A stretch of 63,304 nt of DNA, filler included, from 11 parts of 11 records of this genome joined end to end with filler, not necessarily neighbours in it, one strand, 5' to 3'; positions 35,001-47,872 are shown, counted from the whole stretch's first letter. Notes: generated from the letters alone by a model not told the origin. Made by a program: numbers and translations.

Positions 35001-37731
35001 CAAAATCGATTGAGAACGACACAAAACAGATCAAGGAGATCCAGGACAGCATCGAATCAGTCTCAGCATCCACGTCGGCTGCGAGTGCTACGCAAGCTGT
35101 CGTTAATCCTCCGGTCTGTGTTAGTACGCTGGAGGAGTGGCAACTGCCAAACCGGCACGGGAGCGGAACAGTTGCCTTCACGCAGCTGGCAGTATCTCAG
35201 AGCACCCTGCTCTTGCTAGGCGAGAATGGCATTCTTTACCGCTGGGACTGGAACTTAACTGGCAACGGGGACGGCGATGGACTAGAAGGAGGGTGCAACG
35301 ACAGTCCTGCTCCATATCGCGGCGAAGACCCGCGTGCTAAGGAGCTTCTGCAGCCCCTTCCCCGCTCCGTTCAGGAATCAGAAGGAGACACTGATCCTGC
35401 GCCTGAACCTGAGCTAGAGCCTGAACCTGAATCTGAAGTTGAGGTCGAGGACCCAATCGTTCAAGTGAGCTCGTCGAGTTGGCGCACGTCAGTGTTGACA
35501 GCATCTGGTCGTGTAGCATCTTGGATAGACAGACAGTGTCACGATGCAGCGAAGCGCAAGCCGCCCGAGGCTCCAGCTGTAGTACATAACGGCGTGAGCT
35601 GTGACAAGAGCGGCATGAGTCCCATCATAGGCTTACGGTACAAGCTAAAGGGCAAAAACTACGATGTCTGCGAGGAAGAATTTGCCAAGCTTGACGATGA
35701 AGAGAAGTTGCTGTATGTACGCATTGCTCAGCCGCATGGACCCGAGGAAGAGATTACTACATTGGAGATTGAGATGGCAAACATGGCTGCCAGTGCATCG
35801 GCTACTGGCGTGAACTGGGCAGTGGGGACGAGTTCACCAATTTCAATCCTCACATGCCTTGAGCATCGTTCATGTTTTCCTGGTTTGCACCAGCCACCAG
35901 ATGATGTCGATGCCAACCAAGCTGAAGGCAATGAAGCTGTACAGCAACCGCAGGAAGAGCAACAAGTGGAACAGGTCGTAGACATTGCCGTGTCCAACTG
36001 GGGCACAATTGCACGCACATCGAAAAACACTGTCTACTGGTGGGGCAGGCGACCGTATAACCCATCCTCAGCTGCAGCTGCAGCTGTCCCGCACAGCCGA
36101 GCCCAGGGCCAGTCGAATATTGCCAAGGATTTCAAAGCCGCGTTATCCAAGTACAAGGCGGTTGCTGACAGTGAGGGTGACGACTCCCGTAGAAGTGGAC
36201 GTGGTCCTTCTACATCGCTGTCATCTCTTAAGAAGATTAAGAACGAGATTTTTGAGCTTGCTGGTGACAGCGATGCCTACAGCGCACGGCTCATGCAATT
36301 AGGAGCTGGTACACCCGGTGCAGATGCATTGCGCAGTGCGGTCGAGCTGTACCTGTCCGCAGCGTCAGCATTGAGCAAGGGTGACAAGGTTGTTCTATGC
36401 TCAAGCTTGGATCGCCCGCTTTATGATGTCAACACGCCAGTGCTCCTAATGAACGACAATGACACCTCTGCTGGAGCTGTGGCACAGACATACTTCTTGC
36501 AGAACCCGATCAGCCGTAGCCGCTTGCAGCGCGAGCGTCGGGTGAAAGTGGTGGACTCTTCTGGCAGCACGAAGACAGTGAATATTCGCGATTTGTTTTT
36601 CCTTTTTGCTGAGTATCAGCCAGTTGAGGCCACAGTGTTGAAAGTTGATGCGCAGCGGGGCGTTGTTGTGTTGTTGCCATCGCAAGAGTCACGTCACACT
36701 GAATACAACCATGGAGGCAATGCTCCGACTCCGATAATCTGCGATATAACTGACGTCACCCCAATAATTGCAGAAACTGCGGCAGTCGAGAAGCAATTGA
36801 GCAGCGTCGTGAGTGTGTTGGAGCCTTGTGCAATCTTCACGAAGCAGCTGCTAGGCAGTGACATGGACGGCAGGCTTGGCTCCGCCATTGTCTCAAGGTC
36901 GGCCGAGAGTTCTGCCACCGACTCAACTCGTGAGGAGCACGACCTGCTCTCCAAATTCACAATCGACAGTATGACGGTCTCCGGCTGGCACGCCACCATC
37001 ATGCTAAGCAAGGATTGTCGCGAGCTTTGGAAGTTTGTAGCAGACGTTTCGCGCGCTTGCTGGACATGTGCACCCTCCCGGTTGAAGCTTACGGCTATCT
37101 CGAACGAGAGCGAAGGCCAAGATTGTTCTGATGTAGACACGCCGACACCGGCTGTGCACATAGTAGGGGTAAAGCATGAAGTTGTCGGACTGAGCACAAC
37201 GATGCCAGTTTGGGTAGATGATGCTGGATTCGTGCACTCGAGCAGTACTACATCGTCTGGTCAAACAACGTCGGATGACAGCGCTGCTGTCAGCAAGTTG
37301 CCCCGTGTGCGATTTCTGTCAACGTGTATCGCATCTGGCGAAGCCGGCAGTGGCGACCGTAGCATCGGGCGTTGGGAGTTTGAAGAGGCTCCTGGCAGCT
37401 GGCGACCTTACAGCGCAAGTGATTGCCAACGGCTTGATGAAGCCGAGCGCAAATCTCAGAGCAGTTGTGAACTGACATTTCCTTACGTAGTTGAGTTACG
37501 CGCCAAGCGACAGATCAACCGCAGCACTGGGCGCGACCGGCGGATTCGTCAAAGGCCATCTGCCAGCAGCAGCAGTGGCAGCAGCAACAGCAGCAGCGAT
37601 GCAGCCGGTTCTGGAGATACTCTGGCTGTGCTACTTGGATTCGAGCCAACATCTGGCACAGAGAGTGACGATGGCAGCGGCAAGAATCCGCAGTTCGCGG
37701 GCCGCAGTGACTTACATGACGCTGTGCTAGA
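32075..37731 (+). CDS. UBR5/EDD/Hyd-like N-terminal region with added UBA, NHR/SPRY-like, ankyrin, ZZ and WWE domains; 3'-truncated
   Basis: UBA (LTAMGFPE...GDVEAAANYI), SPRY/NHR-like (LRVGDRIG...FYLNGKSQGVA), ANK (GRTALHFLC), UBR5-like blocks (CGPTHFVFLLKTGAVWR, LLGENGILYRWDW, SVLTASGRVASWID, VYWWG..P), ZZ (VHNGVSCD.SGM.PI.G.RYK) and WWE (WEFE...WRPY...QIN..TG..RRIR). Probable donor at 37732. Confidence 0.75.
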
Positions 37732-37873
37732 CGGTTTGGGCGCTGTGTGTGTGTGAAGTGCTTGTGCTTGTGNNNNNNNNNNNNNNNNNNNNNNNNNNNN
37801 NNNNNNNNNNNNNNNNTTAATTAATTAANNNNNNNNNNNNNNNNNNNNNNNNNNNNNNNNNNNNNNNNNNNNT

Positions 37874-40800
37874 GTGAACGGCCCAGAGGTGCAGGAGTCA
37901 TCACAGAAACAGGAGCGGGAGCGTGGCGCCACTGCTGCAGGTGGCGATCTCTCCGCCACCCACTCACGTACTGTGACCGGTTCGAACACAGCGGATCCTG
38001 ACTCATTTGCGATCAAGACGAGGAAAAGTCTTGGGCTCCACCACTCGAATTCCAACACGCTTGCGCTTCCGCCATGCACGGTCTGGATCGGTAACTTGCC
38101 ACGTGAGATCGCGAGCAACAGCAAGCTCAAAGGCTTCATCGAACAGAAGTTCGGCGATGTGGAGACCGTCACGGTGCGTGAGAAGGAGTCTCCAGAGCGC
38201 TCGTGGGCCTTTCTTACGTTTGTCGAGCCGGATTCCATGACAGCGTGCATGGAAGCTACGACATCTGTATACGACAACTACCTCGGCAAGGCAGTGGAAC
38301 TCAGTGTGCGCCTCCCGTGGAGTCAGGACCACCAAAGCTCGAATGGCGGGGGAGCATCGGGAGCGATGAAGAGAATTGCGCGGGAGCACAAAACGCGCAG
38401 GCGGTGGGCAGCCGTAGGTGGGTCAGTAGCGGGTCGCAACAAGCCGAAGCTCGTATCACACTTCGGATCTCACCGGGGGCTTGGTGAGATGATGATGGAG
38501 AGCCACCGGCGGCAGCAGGCAGAACATCGGAAATGCTTCTTCATGCCGCAGAGAACTTTTCGCGCGGTCTGGGACGCGAACCAGGTGGTGATCTTGCTGT
38601 ACGTCGCGCTAGCGTACCCAGTTCGGGCAGCGATGGAGTACGACCCGGAGGTAGGTTCGTGGATGATGATTTTGGACATTGTCATTGACTCGTGGTTCCT
38701 GCTTGACATCATCATCAACTTTCGGACTGCTTACAAAAATGAAGAGGACGAAACCATTGTTGTGGACCTGAAGAAGATCGCACATCGCTACGTCTGTGGT
38801 TTTAGGTCGGGTGGTGGATGGTTTTTCGTGGATCTGATCAGTTCCCTGCCAATTCAATACATTGCGCTGATTGGTGGTGGTGATGAAGGTAAAGAGTCCG
38901 GGGTGCAGATACGACTGTTTAAGGTCCTAAGGCTGCTTCGCCTGGCAAGGCTACTTCGGTTGATCAGGATACGCGCACTGACGCGGGAGTACGAAGATAC
39001 TGCACTCTTTGACGTATTCGAAAGCCTGAAGCTTGTGCATATGACATTTCTCATAATGTGGATGGCTCACATTGCAGCTTGCGTCTGGTAAGAGTTGACC
39101 AACTCTTTCTCACAAACGCGTCAAAATCTACCTGCTGACTAGCTTTATCGGCTTTTCTTGTACTGCGTTGGCGTGAAGCATTTCGCTAGCTCTAGAGAAG
39201 CTAATCTGCGGATAGTTGCTCACTACTAGTACCCTGGGATGGTAGGTACTACGTGGGCACAGTAGACCAGACTGTTGCAACTACTGATGGTGGCAACGAG
39301 ACTATCTTCGGGTGGGTGCATACTGAGTACGGTCCGGACAGTGGAAACGTACGCAGTGAAGACAGGTTTCGCGCGTATCTGATGGCCCTACATGCCGTGA
39401 ACCCGAAGATGTATGACCTGAATGATGCCGTTTCTGGAGATTTCACAACGTGGATGTTATTAGTATCGGTGGTATTGGAGACACTCGGGCTGGTGAGTTG
39501 TGAATGTGTTGTGCTGCGTTGTCGCCTCTATATGCGACAGCGTCCTAGACCTACTGATTGCTCGCTACTGGTTTGCAGGTGGGATTTGGTGTCGTCATCG
39601 GCAGTTTGTCTACGTACATTTCGAGTGGCAAGCAGGAGCAGGTTAAATACAAGCAGAAAATGGATACCCTGCACGATTTCTTCCGTGCTAAAGATGTGCC
39701 TTTTGAACTCCGCAAGAACGTGCGTTTATTCTACGATAATCTGCTGCGCAAAAAGACTGTGTTTGACGAGGGAGAGATCATTGCAAGTCTGCCCCCGGCC
39801 CTGGCCAATGATGTCATCTACACGCTGTACTCAGAAACAATCACAAACACACCCATGTTCATCGGGCTGGAAGTGGAGGTCGTGGCTAAGTTGTGCATGA
39901 AGCTCACCCCGTTCCATGCTCTGTCGGGCACAATAATCAGTCAAGAGGGCCACCAAGGCACAGAGGTTTACATTGTGCAAAAAGGCGAGGTGCTCATCAG
40001 TCGCGGTGGGTCTCATTTGGCTGTGATCGGGCCAGGCTCCTCGTTCGGAGAAATGTCTGCCTTAGGGTTCTCGCAAGGGAAGAATGGAAACAAACGTGAC
40101 AAAACTGCCACAGCTATCACAGAGACTGATTTAGTCTTCATCACTGGAGAGCAGCTGTACGACCTAATGGAAGACTATGACTCGCTGCGCATTTCGCTCA
40201 GAAACGTGGTCGAGAAGAGGATGAAAGACAGGCGCAAAACTCGGCGGAAGTCAGCTGAAGGCAAAAGCCTGAAAAACGACAAGCTTGCTATGGCGCGGAA
40301 GAACGCTGCCCATTACGAAGCATCTAATGACGTGACCCGCAGAGGTGAGGCTTTGTCGTCATTAGAACAGTTGCAGGCCGACTTGACACGAAATGCAAAC
40401 CACGCCCTGTCGGGAAAAGACCTATTTGCGCAAGGCCTTGCCGTGACGACCAGCAATGATGAGGAGGATGGTCAGAGCGACTTATCAGCCGCTGTGCTCG
40501 AGGGTCACGGAGGTCAAACTGTTGAGCCGGCGACAGCTCAGAGTGTCATTCCGAGACAAGGCGTCGCGCCAGGAGTCACTAGCAGCAATGGTGCAGAGAT
40601 GACCGAGATACTCTACAATATCGATCGAAAGCTCAATACACTTGTGCAAGAGCAGAGCGTGTTGACACATCGTGTTGCCGAGATGGAGCATTCGATGACA
40701 AACGCTGACACGGCTAAAGGTTTCACTCCGATGTCACCTAAATTTAATCTAGCGGGATGTGCTCGTAAGTTGATGGGGAGTTCGGCAAATCGGACCCTTT

Positions 40801-40922
40801 CTAGTCTCCCAGGTATAGCAGGCGGAATGGGCCTCTCAGATGGGCTGAATAGAGACACTAGTGACGACGACGAGCTACCTGATAGTTCAAGTTCTCAAGT
40901 TCAATTTTCCCTCCCCAAATGA
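37874..40922 (+). CDS. 6-TM CNBD-family channel with N-terminal RRM and non-canonical pore
   Basis: RRM (TVWIGNLP...KFGDV...SWAFLTF), FR.VWD, DIIINFRTAY, WFFVDLISSLP, S4 RLFKVLRLLRLARLLR, C-linker, GSSFGEM. Introns 39088-39245 and 39493-39578. Confidence 0.88.
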
Positions 40923-41109
40923 AAAGTTGCATATGGATACCGCCAGCATAATTGTAGCAGCGAGTGGCATTCGCTTTGTGCGCGTGTAATGCTGGGTCCG
41001 GAAAATGAAATCAAACTCATTGATTGCGCCACCACCAAACATCATCCATTATGAGTACGACCGCTATACTAGTAGCCGACTTCCAACCAGTTGCCACAAG
41101 CGGCGATGT

Positions 41110-43758
41110 TCAGAGCCCAGTGTTCAGAGGTGCAAGTTTGGCACCGCTCGAGCCTGGACGCTGTCCAGGCAGTGCTAAGGGTGGGACTAGGGTCGGAGCA
41201 CCAGGGGTTGGCAGCTCGCCCAAGGCGAGTTTGGTCGGCGCTCCGAAGCCTCCAGCAAGCTCTGCATCTTTCTCAGCGAGCTTTGTTTTCAAATCCGAGA
41301 TTTCCCGTGCAAATTTCTTTGCATTGGCCAACAGCTGTCGCAAGAGAAAGCAGAGGTGTCAGCCAATATCGACGTGGAAATTACGAACTCTGACACGCGG
41401 CACGTACCTGTTGTTCCATCTTCTGTGCACGCGTCTGTGCCCGCTCAGCCTTCATCAGTAGTCCGCGCCTGTCTTCAGACTGCGTGTCATCATTAGTTGC
41501 CTTTTCTAATGAAGCCACCTGCTGCTCAAGCTCTTCAACACGTCGGTCCGCAGCTGCACAGAGAGAAGCACAATCAATAGCAGCAGTCAGTGCCGATGAA
41601 TTTACGGCAACACTGCAAATGAAATGCGCGCGCAAGAGCGGCTTTGGCGGCACGGTCGTAAGCGTATAACATCCATCATTGCATCACAGATTGGCAAAAC
41701 AACGGCACCATCCGCACATGGACACTGATGACGCAAAGGGGTAAAAGCTAAATGCGCGTGAGAATGATTTGCTGTACCGGTCCGCTTGTCTCGCTCATCT
41801 TCAAGTTGCTTACACAGTTCAGCATTCTCCCTCGCAGCAGCAGCTGCTTTCTGCCGCCCCCCGATATTGTGCCCACCGTCGATCTGCTGGTGCACTGCCG
41901 CATCGTCAAGTGCCGATTGCAACCGCTTCTTGTCGCTTAGCGCCGACTCCATCAGCTGCTCCAGCTTCACGATCACGGACTCCTGCTCATGCACAGTCTT
42001 TTTGTACTTCTCGACTGTCGCATTCTCCGTACGAAGCCGAGCCACAAGCTCAGACTGCGAGATATGAGCGTCCTCCAGCTCACGCAACCGTTCTTCCGCG
42101 GCATTTTTCTTCATCACTGCATTTTGAAGCAGCTGCAACTTGTTCACCAAGGTCTCATTTGCTTGGCGCTCAGCACGGTACTTTTTTCGCAGCAACCGGC
42201 TACGCTTCTGCAGTTCGTCAAGGGTCAACATCTCCCATTCCTCATCTCCTTCGTGAGCCATCGCAGTGGAAGCCTGCTTCTCGCGCTCTAGCATGCTGCG
42301 TAGGTCGGCATTGTGGGCAGCAAGCTGTGCGCCCTGCTTTCGCAATTCAATTACCTCGACACCGCAACGACGGATAACATCCTTCTTCTCCTCGATCTCT
42401 CGCATCAACCGGTCAACCAAGAGGTCGTTGCCGTTCCCACTGCCGCCACTGCCACCAGAAACCGCACGTGGTAATGGCGGACCAGTGGGAGCAGGTGCCA
42501 TCTCTGTAGGTGCGACTGAATCTGCATTCCATGTGTGTAGCTCCAATTGCAACACCGATCTTGTTGCCTCTCCGGTGCCCGCAAGTGGTTTCATGAGTGT
42601 AAGAGGCAGTTCATCAACGATGTGTTTAGTAGAAGTCTGGCGCGCAGAAGGGCCAGATGCTCCGCTGCGCATCAGCGGAGCAAGCTGTAGTAGCGCATAG
42701 CCAAGAAACAGCTCCGGCGGCGGTGCCGGGAGCTCCTCTCGCGCACGAGCTGCGCTGCGAAGCCCATCCCGCGCCAGAGGACCAGAAGCCTGTGACCCTG
42801 TCAAGTGGACTCCCCGCTGGTATAACTCAATCAGCAACGCCGCACCATCCGCATGCAACCGATCCGTCGGCACGGTGAAGTAGAGAGTTTCATTCCACGC
42901 CGGTTGGTCTCCTGGACCGACAGCAGGCGTGAGCTGGGCGGTAGACACCTCCGGCAGCTTTGTGGCCTGGCCTGTCGTAGAATCGGTTTCGAGCTGACCA
43001 AATTCTTCGAGTGGATAGGTGTTCGGGCGATCGTCAACCCTGGAACCGTTTCCGCCATACTCCTGCCCGTCCACAGCAGCGGCGGCCAGTTTCCTACAGC
43101 GTCGAACGTAGCCTTCTGCATCGGGTACCACTCGGACAACAGCAACCGACTCCTCTGCCTCGAAAGGCAGCGGTCGACCCACCCCACACCCCTTGAGCAA
43201 CATTTCGATCCGAGTCAAGTGTGGATTTTTCATCAGCAACTTTTTCTCCCCCGCCGGCGTGTCATGCAAGGCTGCAGTCAGCCACAGGCGGGAATTCTCC
43301 TTTCCAGGGTTCAGGCGGACCTCTAAATTGTACTGTTCCGAAGGCACCATCCTATGCGCCGGTAGAGAAATCTGCGCGATGCGCCGCTTGGTTGTGTGGT
43401 TAATGACAGCCACGATAATGTTGCCCTCTTGCCGCTGCAAGTCCTCTTCAAGCACCTCTACAACAAGAGTCTGGTTCCATATCGGATGCCTGCTATTCTT
43501 AACTGCAGTCGTCGATGATTTCGCTGGACGCTTCATCTGTGCATCGCGCTGGGATTTTACAGCGACGAACGGCGTTGGCAGCACTGCTTCTTCAGCGTGG
43601 CCAGACACCGGCAGATTGATCGCGTGTCGCACCACTAATGTCACGACACGAGTCGATGGTGCAACGCCACGAGCCGCAGTTGGGTCTGCGCCAGAGCCTG
43701 TGCCTGCGACAGCTCCGCCACCTGTTGGATGAGGCTGCCGCACTTGCTCCGAGCGCAC
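41110..43758 (-). CDS. CCDC33: C2-domain coiled-coil protein, CCDC33-like; 5'-truncated
   Basis: Two C2-like regions (PFVAVK...HPIWNQTL; PAWNETLYF), KKN...LRELEDAH..Q, YKKTVHEQESVIVKLE. Introns 41554-41777 and 41335-41407 give LLANAKKFAREISDLK. Confidence 0.72.
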
Positions 43759-44449
43759 GCGTGGCGCGGCAGCTGGCGGCTGCGCTTGCGGGTCCTGTGG
43801 GCCTCGCGTACCGGGAGCCGGAGCCGGGGCGGCAGCAGCAGGAGCAGGAGCAGGAGCAGGAGCNNNNNNNNNNNNNNNNNNNNNNNNNNNNNNNNNNNNN
43901 NNNNNNNTTAATTAATTAANNNNNNNNNNNNNNNNNNNNNNNNNNNNNNNNNNNNNNNNNNNNGAGTGCCCCACAGCCCTCGAGCATAGGACGACGTGCA
44001 AGGGGCCGTGTGGACACGGCGGCCGTCGCCTCCCTGCGGTAAGGGGTACTGTAGGCCGGCTGCGTTGGGGAGAACGGAGCGGGTGCACACGCGCTGTGTG
44101 CACACGGACACGCGCTTTGTGCTCCGTGCGAGCGAGTGCCCCACAGACCAGCCGCGGGGCTTGCACTCAGGTTCCTCGGACCTTCTCAACGCGGCTGGAG
44201 GTTGCGTCGACTTGGATGGCCTCTGGGGCTACATAGGAGAGGGTCACGCCCTTGTAGATACGCTGAGGATGGTGATGGCAGGGGCTGGGGAAGCGCAGTG
44301 AAGGGTGCGGAACTGAGGGGGTGCACTCGGCGAGTCGTCGGTCAAGTAGGCGGCAAAACAGCACGGTGGAGAGCGCATTAGCTAGCCCATACAACGGTGA
44401 AAGTGCTTACAGCCGTTGGTTCAACCGAAGCACTGGCTCACTCCCAGGG

Positions 44450-47400
44450 ATGGGGGAGGCGGGTGGGGGCAGTCCACGCAGTTCGTCGCCGAATTGGGCA
44501 CGGCATGACTTTGACTACAACGATGACGGCGTCGTCGACAATGAGGAGTGCGAAACAGAGCCCCCTGCGCTCCCTCTGCTGACGCCTTTTTGTGCTTTGC
44601 CGTCTCCTTCGCCTTCTTCTCTTTCGCTGTCTCGGTTGCTCCCGTGCACGCAGTTGGTCACGCGGGAGTTCTGCGGTCGGAGCAGGTACGTGGCGGGGAA
44701 AGACTTCGGCGTCAAGGCGACGGGGCACCGCAAGCTCAACCCTGAAACGTTTGGGGCCGGTGAGATGGAGGAGTGGGATGAAGATGAGGAGTGGACTCCG
44801 CGGCGGGTCTTTGAAGCGATGGAGGCCGATCAGCAGCGGAGAGAGCTGCTGCTGCCGCAGCACGTGCCGGGGATTTGCCACATGGTGGCTGAGTACGCGG
44901 TGAGCCCGCACGAGCCGTGGCGCTTGCACTGGAACGTGCTGGTCCTCGGAGTGGTGGTCTACAGCTGCATCCAGGTGCCGTACATGGCTGCAGTGGAACC
45001 GTTTTCCCAGGCGACGCTGCTCGACTACCTCGTGGATCTGGTGTTCGTGCGTCGTCCAGCGCCTCGATCCCCCACCTTCGTTCAGTCGAACTGCGCCTGT
45101 TGACTAAGCCACGGCTGCAACGCGCGCGCAGTACGTGGACATGGGCCTGAACTTCTTCACAGGTACGCCTGCGGTAGTTGGGACCCCTGCGCACCCCTTG
45201 ATGCTGAGAACGCGATGTGCGGTACGCGCAGGTTTCGATCTGGGGTATGAGGTAGTGATGATCAAGAGACGCATCGTCCTAAATTACCTGGGCGGGTGGT
45301 TTCTCATTGATATAACAGCGACTGTCGATTGGGAGGCGGTGCTGTCTTCGTTCTTTGAGCCAGAGCACCTCCCAGGATGGGTGAGTATGATGGCGCTGCT
45401 GAAGATTTTGCGTCTCGCGCGTGCCGGCCGGCTAATCGACACCTTGAGCTCACGCTGGAGTACACACTCCGGGTTTGTGGAAGCGGGCAAGTTCTTGCTG
45501 TACGTCATTGTGGTTGCCCACCTACTGGCGTGCTTTTTTTTCATGTGGCCCATCCTGGTCGATGAGCACAAGTGGGGGATTGGGTCGCCCGAATGCGCGA
45601 AAGACGAAGATGCGGCCGCTGCTGCCCGGTCCTGCATCGAAAGCGGCGGAGTCGATGCAGATGCAGAAAGCGGTGAGTGTGATATGTATAGTGCCGTCGG
45701 GTGGTACTACAAAAGCTCGTGCATGCAGGGATCGTGGCGAGAGCAGCAAGGGCTGGAGCAGATATGCTTGCCAAATGTTTGCGGGGACCAGATCGCTCCC
45801 GGAAAGTGGAACTGGGCTATGGACACTTCATGGTGGCTAAGCCGGGACTTTCTGACAACGTGCGACGACGGGTCTCCTTCGCGGCCTCTGACAGTCGACG
45901 AGGCCCAGGAAACGCTCCTCATGTGCATGCACACAGCTGATCAGGATTTGCATACAACTGACCCAGACTTCCGGATCTGCCCCAAGTGCAATCGTCCGTT
46001 TCGGCTGTACCTTGATGCAATGTACTGGAGCTTGACTACAATGACTACAATTGGTTACGGAGATCGTGGGCCAAAAACCGAGACAGAGATTTTGTACACC
46101 CTGTTTGCCGAGGTGTTTGGTCTGGCATTCTTCGCCCTGTTGCTGACGCAGATCAACAGCGTGAACGAGTTGCTTGGTTTGGCGAGTCACCAGCCTAAAG
46201 CAACGAAAGACGGTATCATGCAGTTCCTTGCTTCTAGGAGGGTTGATACCCACTTAGTAGCAGAGGTGGTCAGGTTCTTGAGCTTCCGCAACAAATCTTT
46301 CTCAGGCAAATCAATCACTGATGTACCCGAGATGGATGCGCTGTCGGACGGCGTGCGAGCCAATATCCGTTCCGCGGTCTACGTGCCTGTTCTCAAGAAG
46401 CTCAGCATTTTTGGCTGGAATCAGGATGACGAGGTGGAGCTTGAAAATGTGAAGCAGTTCTTCGATCGCATCGATGAGAGCGGCGACGGTCGGCTAGACA
46501 GGGAAGAGATCGGTCATCTGTTCGCTTCTCTTGGAATCAGTCTGCCCGAGGATCAGTTTAACATATGCTATGCAGAACTCGATCGAGAGGACAACGGCAG
46601 TGTGGACTTCTCTGAGTTCGCCTGGTGGTGGTTCAAAACGAAGTACGGTGTGCCTCGAGCCGCGAGTGGAGTGAAATGCCCAGAACTCTTCCTTTCCGAG
46701 CTAGCGGAGAAACTGCGCCCAAAAATGTTCGGCCCAGGTGACCGCCTGATCAAGCCAGGAGAGTACGGTCATGAGTTTGTCATCTTACTCGGTGGCAAGC
46801 TGCGTATACTGAGGCCAGGCGTGCGGCCAGGTTTGCCAGGCAGCCATCCAGACGACGCAAACCGCGTCGACAAGCGTGATCGTTTCATACTGCCAGATGA
46901 TCGTGCGCCGGTGTTTGGATTCTCTTCCTGCCTTACAAAACTGCAGCACGAGCTAGTCCGGAACCGTACAGACTACTGGGCGATTGACGCCGAGGTGTAC
47001 AGTGACACGCTGTGGTGCCCGCGCAAGCACTTTTACGAATGTTTCTCGAAACACTGGCTCAAAGGTCGCGACGACATGGTAGAGATGGCGTATTACCATT
47101 ACGAGGTGGAAAGCATCTTAAATTCGCAGACAATGATTGACGGCGACGGCGACGGTGTCGTCTCCCATGAAGAGTTCCTCGAGGCTTCTGCACAAATTCC
47201 TCACGGCTTCGCGGCGCGCTTCGCAGCAGAGAAAAAGGCTGTGATCAAGGAGGCGCAGGAGAAAGGCCACACGGTCAAAGGCACGCTGGATACTGGTTCG
47301 TTGGGGCATCAGGACCAAGTCGAAGCGGACAACAACGCAACGTTCGAGTCTCTGCTGGGACGTGAAGAGCTTATGATGCTCCGGGTGAAAAAGCTCGACG

Positions 47401-47758
47401 AAGTCGCTACCAGACTAGCCGATGACGTGGGGACAATAAAACAGGGGATGCGTGCGCTGTTGGATCATCATAACGAGGGCTGGATCGAGACCGAGTCGAA
47501 GGACACCAAAAGTGAGTCTTCCGCCTGCACGCTCGCCCGCACCCACACGCACACGCAACCACAGTGCCTACCTTCCTCTCGTACCTCTGAACACCTGTGC
47601 GTTGATCTACTTTGCTAGCATCAACGACACCAATGAACAAGAATCTTGGTTTTCTCCCTACGCAAAGCGCCGAGGCTACACGTGGCACGTTTGAACACGA
47701 GTCAACATTGCCACGTGGATCGAAATCGCCACGTGGATCGAAATCGAAGAAGCAGTAA
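44450..47758 (+). CDS. KCNH/HCN-like K+ channel with four EF-hand loops and a degenerate CNBD
   Basis: YLDAMYWSLTTMTTIGYGDRGP filter; S4 LKILRLARAGR; EF loops DYNDDGVVDNEE, DESGDGRLDREE, DREDNGSVDFSE and DGDGDGVVSHEE. Introns 44548-44685, 45047-45131, 45163-45231 and 47512-47618. Start may lie further upstream. Confidence 0.9.
47710..47745 (+). repeat. 18-bp tandem duplication (GCCACGTGGATCGAAATC x2), encoding PRGSKS twice
   Basis: Direct reading of the sequence. Confidence 0.9.
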
Positions 47759-47872
47759 TCTGGCTCGCTAAATCAATACAGTAGCAAATTGAAGAGAACT
47801 CAGCCAATGATGATGTCATTATTTTGGTGAGTCTTCGCAATGCATTGGGTAGGGTGTAGTACCAATGCATGT

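Noticed and set aside
43964-44320. Short ORFs upstream of the EF-hand K+ channel
   Set aside because: No recognisable protein features. The region may be UTR or intron, or hold an unresolved 5' exon.
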